From Nitrosospira multiformis ATCC 25196 (GTDB lineage: Bacteria; Pseudomonadota; Gammaproteobacteria; Burkholderiales; Nitrosomonadaceae): DNA of 32,000 nucleotides. The notes under the pieces are model-generated. The model did not search any database, had not been told where the DNA came from, and worked only from the letters and a program-made list of their open reading frames with translations. Shown in pieces: positions 29,035-32,000 of the stretch (the first letter of the stretch is position 1; every line of letters starts with the position of its first letter). Position numbers and translations under genes: made by a program. The stretch covers positions 2,190,001-2,222,000 of the forward strand of contig NC_007614.1 in NCBI RefSeq assembly GCF_000196355.1, written 5' to 3'.

Positions 29035-29191
29035 TCATGTTTTTTCCTGAGGATCCTGATGCTCTTTCGGGACCTCATGGTCGGGAGTAATGACTTTCCC
29101 GTAGGCCGACGGATAAGGTGCTTCCGGGGTGGAAGGTTTGCAGCCAGCGGCAGCGAACAGCACCAATGCGGCAGCCAGAACTGTGTTTCAT
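29035..29191 (-). pseudogene. Small lipoprotein gene with ATG out of frame with its signal peptide (frameshift or atypical start)
   Basis: The minus strand has GGAG, 10 nt of spacer, then ATG AAA CAC A, which gives a 38-codon non-descript ORF. The +1 frame reads ..NTVLAAALVLFAAAGCKPSTPEAPYPSAYGKVITPDHEVPKEHQDPQEKT*. That is a textbook lipobox AAAGC, and the frame ends just before the bidirectional terminator. Confidence 0.4.
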
Positions 29192-29319
29192 TTACCCGTT
29201 CTCCGTAAGATCCAGACCACCGTTCATGAGAGAACCTGTTGCATTCCGTCCGTTCACAACTTTATACGGCATCAGGTTCTGCATATGTGCCGCAACAAAC
29301 TGTGTAATGATAAAGCGTA

Positions 29320-30000
29320 CTAAACCGGGCTCCCTGTGCGTCTGTTCACGCGTACCGTAAAAATACTCAAAATGCCGATCATGACAAGCGCGAGGACAGT
29401 AGGCTCCGGGACTGTGCCATCGGGCAATTGAGCCGGTATACGATCAAAATAAGTCTGGTTCGCCAACCCCTGGTTACCTACGTTCAGATACCCGGATGCA
29501 ACAAGATCCGAAGAGGAATTGCTTTTTAACCAACTCATGGTCCAATTCGCACCCTGCATGTTGAGTTCATAAGTTTTTCCGTTGACCACAAAATCCTTTA
29601 CGAAGAAAAACCCGTTGAATACGCCATTCTCGAACCGTATGGACGGACCTCCTAAAATATTCGCATCTCCAAATTCGAACTCCAGGGGAGAACTCCCGAA
29701 TTCTATACTGAAGATAGTACTGCTTGATGCGCCGGTAACTTCTGCGAGTGGAATGTTCAGCGTGCCAGTACCACTCCCGGGTATGAGACTTTGATCGAAT
29801 AATACACTGCCGCTGACGCTGCCGGCGGCACAGCCGCTGCATGTATTGGTTCCCTGCAAGCCCAGGCTGTTAGCCAGCCCACCCGTGGCGAGAATCCCCC
29901 CGGAGAAATCGGCAGTTATATAAACCGGTGCAGCCTGAGTAGCCGATACAGCCGCCGCAAAAATTCCCGATACAATTGTGTTGTGAAGAAACTTATTCAT
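29320..30000 (-). CDS. PEP-CTERM sorting-domain secreted protein
   Basis: Signal peptide MNKFLHNTIVSGIFAAAVSATQA/AP. C-terminal VPEP-TVLALVMIGILSIFTV-RVNRR, i.e. a PEP motif, a TM helix and a basic cluster. ATG at 30000; the ORF-track start at 30027 is TTG. Confidence 0.85.
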   Translation of the reverse strand: MNKFLHNTIVSGIFAAAVSATQAAPVYITADFSGGILATGGLANSLGLQGTNTCSGCAAGSVSGSVLFDQSLIPGSGTGTLNIPLAEVTGASSSTIFSIEFGSSPLEFEFGDANILGGPSIRFENGVFNGFFFVKDFVVNGKTYELNMQGANWTMSWLKSNSSSDLVASGYLNVGNQGLANQTYFDRIPAQLPDGTVPEPTVLALVMIGILSIFTVRVNRRTGSPV

Positions 30001-30340
30001 ACTCCCCCCTGCATATTGAAAAGACAACAGTAGAACCGGACGTCATCTTACTTAAAGCACGCCATATCGCTATTGGACTTCAGTACATCCTGGACTCTGG
30101 TACAAGGGAAACAAGACGCGGGTTCTCGGCTTTATCAAGCAGGGCCGAAAGTGATCAAGGTGCCGAGGGTATGCGATCAGTTCTCAGGAAAGGATGGTGG
30201 GATAAAGGCCAACACGTACCTCGGACTTGCTGCTTCCATTCGAGTACTTTGTTTTTCCTTGCAAAACAGTCTCATTCATCGACCTCCGGCTTTCAGTGGG
30301 AGGGCATGCCGCATCCTATGCAAGCGGTCCTGTGGTTCTG

Positions 30341-30355
30341 GCAACAGGAGTGCCC
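30341..30355 (-). promoter_or_regulatory. Sigma-54 (-24/-12) promoter candidate upstream of the PEP-CTERM gene
   Basis: The minus strand reads GGGCAC-TCCTG-TTGCC against the consensus TGGCAC-N5-TTGCW. The GG and GC elements are correctly spaced. It lies about 340 nt upstream of the ATG at 30000. Confidence 0.4.
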
Positions 30356-30486
30356 TCAGCTGCAGAGTCTCTGGAGTACGGGAAAGGGGATATTACAACG
30401 CACTGCTCCCGAAACCGACTCACTGTTGGATGCGGCTACAGAGGGTGCGGAACCGATTCATGCAGAATTCCTGCACTTCGCACCCT

Positions 30487-30523
30487 GAAAAGAAAATCGC
30501 CTAGCGCAATAGCACATAGGCGA
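30487..30523 (-). terminator. Intrinsic terminator following the tRNA-Arg remnant
   Basis: The minus strand reads TCGCCTA-N13-TAGGCGA followed by TTTTCTTTTC. It lies 20 nt after the encoded CCA. Confidence 0.55.
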
Positions 30524-30542
30524 CTGACTATACTACTTGAAC

Positions 30543-30590
30543 TGGCGCGTCCGGCAGGATTGGAACCCACGGCTCCAGTTCGTAGCCGAT
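30543..30590 (-). pseudogene. 3' half of a tRNA-Arg(ACG) gene (anticodon loop to CCA); 5' half absent
   Basis: The minus strand reads TCGG-CTACGAA-CTGGAGCC-GTGGG-TTCCAAT-CCTGC-CGGACGC-G-CCA. No GCGTCCG acceptor strand or D-arm occurs within 150 nt upstream. Confidence 0.5.
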
Positions 30591-30716
30591 TTGCTGAACC
30601 GGTATTTTTTGTTTCCATACGTTAAGTATTTAACGGTAAAACCTCTCTTGTATTGTTATTCTACCTACTCGTTTCTCTCCTCCAAACAGGGAAGCGATTG
30701 CGGTAAACTCACCCCT

Positions 30717-30745
30717 GGCCCGGCGTTCGTCCGGGCCTTTTTATT
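30717..30745 (+). terminator. Orphan plus-strand intrinsic terminator
   Basis: GGCCCGG-CGTTCGT-CCGGGCC followed by TTTTTATT. There is no plus-strand CDS upstream. Confidence 0.65.
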
Positions 30746-31188
30746 GAACCCATCCAGCCTTGAATTACTGGTCTTCTTTTCCTGTCTTTGAATTGCAGAC
30801 GAGCAACGGTTTAAATCGCCGTGATTCGGGTGACGGCGCGGATGACGCTGCTGCTTCCCTCTGGCAGGTTAGAGAGATATGCATTACTGCGTCCAATCCA
30901 GCTTTAGCCAGGAAAGAAGAACGCCATTTCCCCCGTCCTCATAACAGCAATGGGATTACCCCTATATTCTCCCTTTCTATTTCACATAAGTGAAATATGA
31001 TTGACTTCAATGTGGGATTCACCCCGACTTACTGTCGGGCCCACATTCTTGCTTACGCTGCAATCAATTCTCCTCACTGAGACTGCCCTATACCGAGGCT
31101 TGCTGATCCGGTTTGTGTCATATCAGAGCTGGACACGGTAAGTTCGCATCGTCCCGAATTTTAGGGGTAGGATAAACAAAGACGAATC

Positions 31189-31701
31189 ATGGAAAATGAT
31201 GCAAATTTAAAGAAGAAAATCAGCTTCGAGAAGGAACAAGATTCGAACGTTTCAAATCTGTCAGATGAAGAGTTTCATCAGTCCTGCCAGATACTCACCA
31301 AGGTTCTTGCCACACTGCCCCCCAAGAGACAAAGGGAACTTTTTGGGTTGCTACAAATTCTCGCGGAAGATGGCACTTCCCAAAAACAGCAATCCTCGGT
31401 TAGGCCGCTAGCTGAAAAAATAGTGGCCACGGTATGTAGAGACGATCATTCATCGCGGCCTCTTCCATACCATCCGGAACGCAGAATCTCCGATAGGCGA
31501 CGTAGCGATCGACGTCAAAGTGATCAGGGAAAACGGTTATGCAACGCTGGAACTCCATGGACGTCAGAGGACATCCAGATACTGGAGATCATGGCAAAAC
31601 AAGGGATTCCGCATAGACGGATCGCATTGAAGCTCGGCAGGACTTCCACGGCAGTCGAAGCAAAAGCCAGGACACTGAACGTCCCCTTGTCCGATGAGTA
31701 G
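31189..31701 (+). CDS. Hypothetical protein with C-terminal Myb/SANT- or GcrA-like HTH segment
   Basis: 170 aa and the only long ORF in 30.6-32.0 kb. The C-terminus PWTSEDIQILEIMAKQGIPHRRIALKLGRTSTAVEAKARTLNV resembles W-x-x-E...HTH DNA-binding modules. It is preceded by RISDRRRSDRRQSDQ. The SD is weak. Confidence 0.5.
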   Translation: MENDANLKKKISFEKEQDSNVSNLSDEEFHQSCQILTKVLATLPPKRQRELFGLLQILAEDGTSQKQQSSVRPLAEKIVATVCRDDHSSRPLPYHPERRISDRRRSDRRQSDQGKRLCNAGTPWTSEDIQILEIMAKQGIPHRRIALKLGRTSTAVEAKARTLNVPLSDE

Positions 31702-31910
31702 TTTTTTTATTGTACTGTACTGGCTGTTTCTCTACCCTTTCACTCCCTGGTTGTCGCCCAAAACGGCTAATAACCATCTGGGGGTTTCCGCACCCGAACT
31801 TGCGAATGCCTCATAACTGATTTACATCAATTTGAGGGGCCGGGAATCCTGTATCTTATTATCTGGCAACCCGTTCTGGTGGTTTTTTGTTGCCCTCCAC
31901 TCTTCCGACA

Positions 31911-31936
31911 ATAAGCACCAAAAATAAGCACCAAAA
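31911..31936 (+). repeat. 13-bp tandem duplication ATAAGCACCAAAA x2
   Basis: Read directly from the sequence; two exact adjacent copies. Confidence 0.8.
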
Positions 31937-32000
31937 ATCCGGTTCTAATCGGCCGATGGAAGCTTTACTGCTGAGCTATGATAGCCATGCGGTTAGTAGC

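Noticed and set aside
28839-29078. 79-aa minus-strand ORF spanning the bidirectional terminator.
   Set aside because: It reads straight through a strong terminator hairpin, and the lipoprotein frame explains the coding signal in 29035-29187 better.
30184-30279. 31-codon minus-strand ORF (MNETVLQGKTKYSNGSSKSEVRVGLYPTILS) with GGAGG just upstream, inside the long PEP-CTERM leader.
   Set aside because: The SD spacing is only 3 nt. It has no recognisable features and there is no way to assess conservation here. It is kept only as a note.
29976-30625. Three mutually overlapping plus-strand ORFs (170, 143 and 132 aa) upstream of the PEP-CTERM gene.
   Set aside because: Their composition is Cys/Trp/His/Arg-rich. 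They overlap each other in different frames, have no SD and run into the tRNA fragment. The region is better explained as regulatory or leader DNA of the minus-strand gene.
31911-31936. Tandem 13-mer considered as a CRISPR or att-type repeat.
   Set aside because: There are only two adjacent copies with no spacers, which points to a simple duplication. No other copy was seen in the window.
31941-32000. tRNA-like 5' sequence on the minus strand at the window edge (GGCTATCATAGCTCAGCAGTAAAGC..), considered as the intact partner of the tRNA-Arg fragment.
   Set aside because: The D-stem closes with a mismatch. No anticodon stem can be formed (ATCGGCCGAT is a loop-less palindrome), and no T-arm follows. 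The sequence is also truncated by the window.

Overview
The window looks like a chromosomal segment of a betaproteobacterium. GC is roughly mid-50s by eye, and the species cannot be determined from the sequence alone.

- **1-4.8 kb (plus strand):** the distal part of a type II secretion operon. gspD has its 5' end cut by the window edge and is followed by gspE and gspF.
- **4.9-22.0 kb (minus strand):** an uninterrupted run of housekeeping genes in the order well known from beta/gamma-proteobacteria: leuC, a small entericidin-like lipoprotein missed by the ORF track, leuD, leuB, asd, a short FimV-like LysM protein, truA, trpF, trpB, trpA, accD, folC, a SPOR-domain protein, cvpA, purF and metZ. 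An HcaT-like MFS transporter sits upstream of leuC. Several ORF-track starts are over-extended and I corrected them: purF to MCGILG, trpA, trpB, trpF, truA, leuC, metZ and the PEP-CTERM gene.
- **22.2-28.3 kb:** a PRC-barrel protein (minus strand), then on the plus strand egtB-egtD (a two-gene ergothioneine cluster), a TerC-family membrane protein and mnmC.
- **28.4-32.0 kb:** the only accessory-looking part.
  - a 127-aa hypothetical protein
  - a mini-lipoprotein ORF whose ATG is out of frame with its signal peptide
  - a PEP-CTERM protein with a good sigma-54 -24/-12 match far upstream
  - an orphan 3' half of a tRNA-Arg(ACG) gene that keeps its own terminator
  - about 1.1 kb with no credible ORF but with an orphan plus-strand terminator
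  - one HTH-like hypothetical gene

I saw no CRISPR array, transposase, integrase, toxin-antitoxin pair or recognisable defence system. I could not find a convincing novel multi-gene system. The most checkable oddities are the tRNA-fragment boundary, the sigma-54/PEP-CTERM regulatory region, the terminator-containing metZ leader, the frameshifted lipoprotein and the candidate sRNA.
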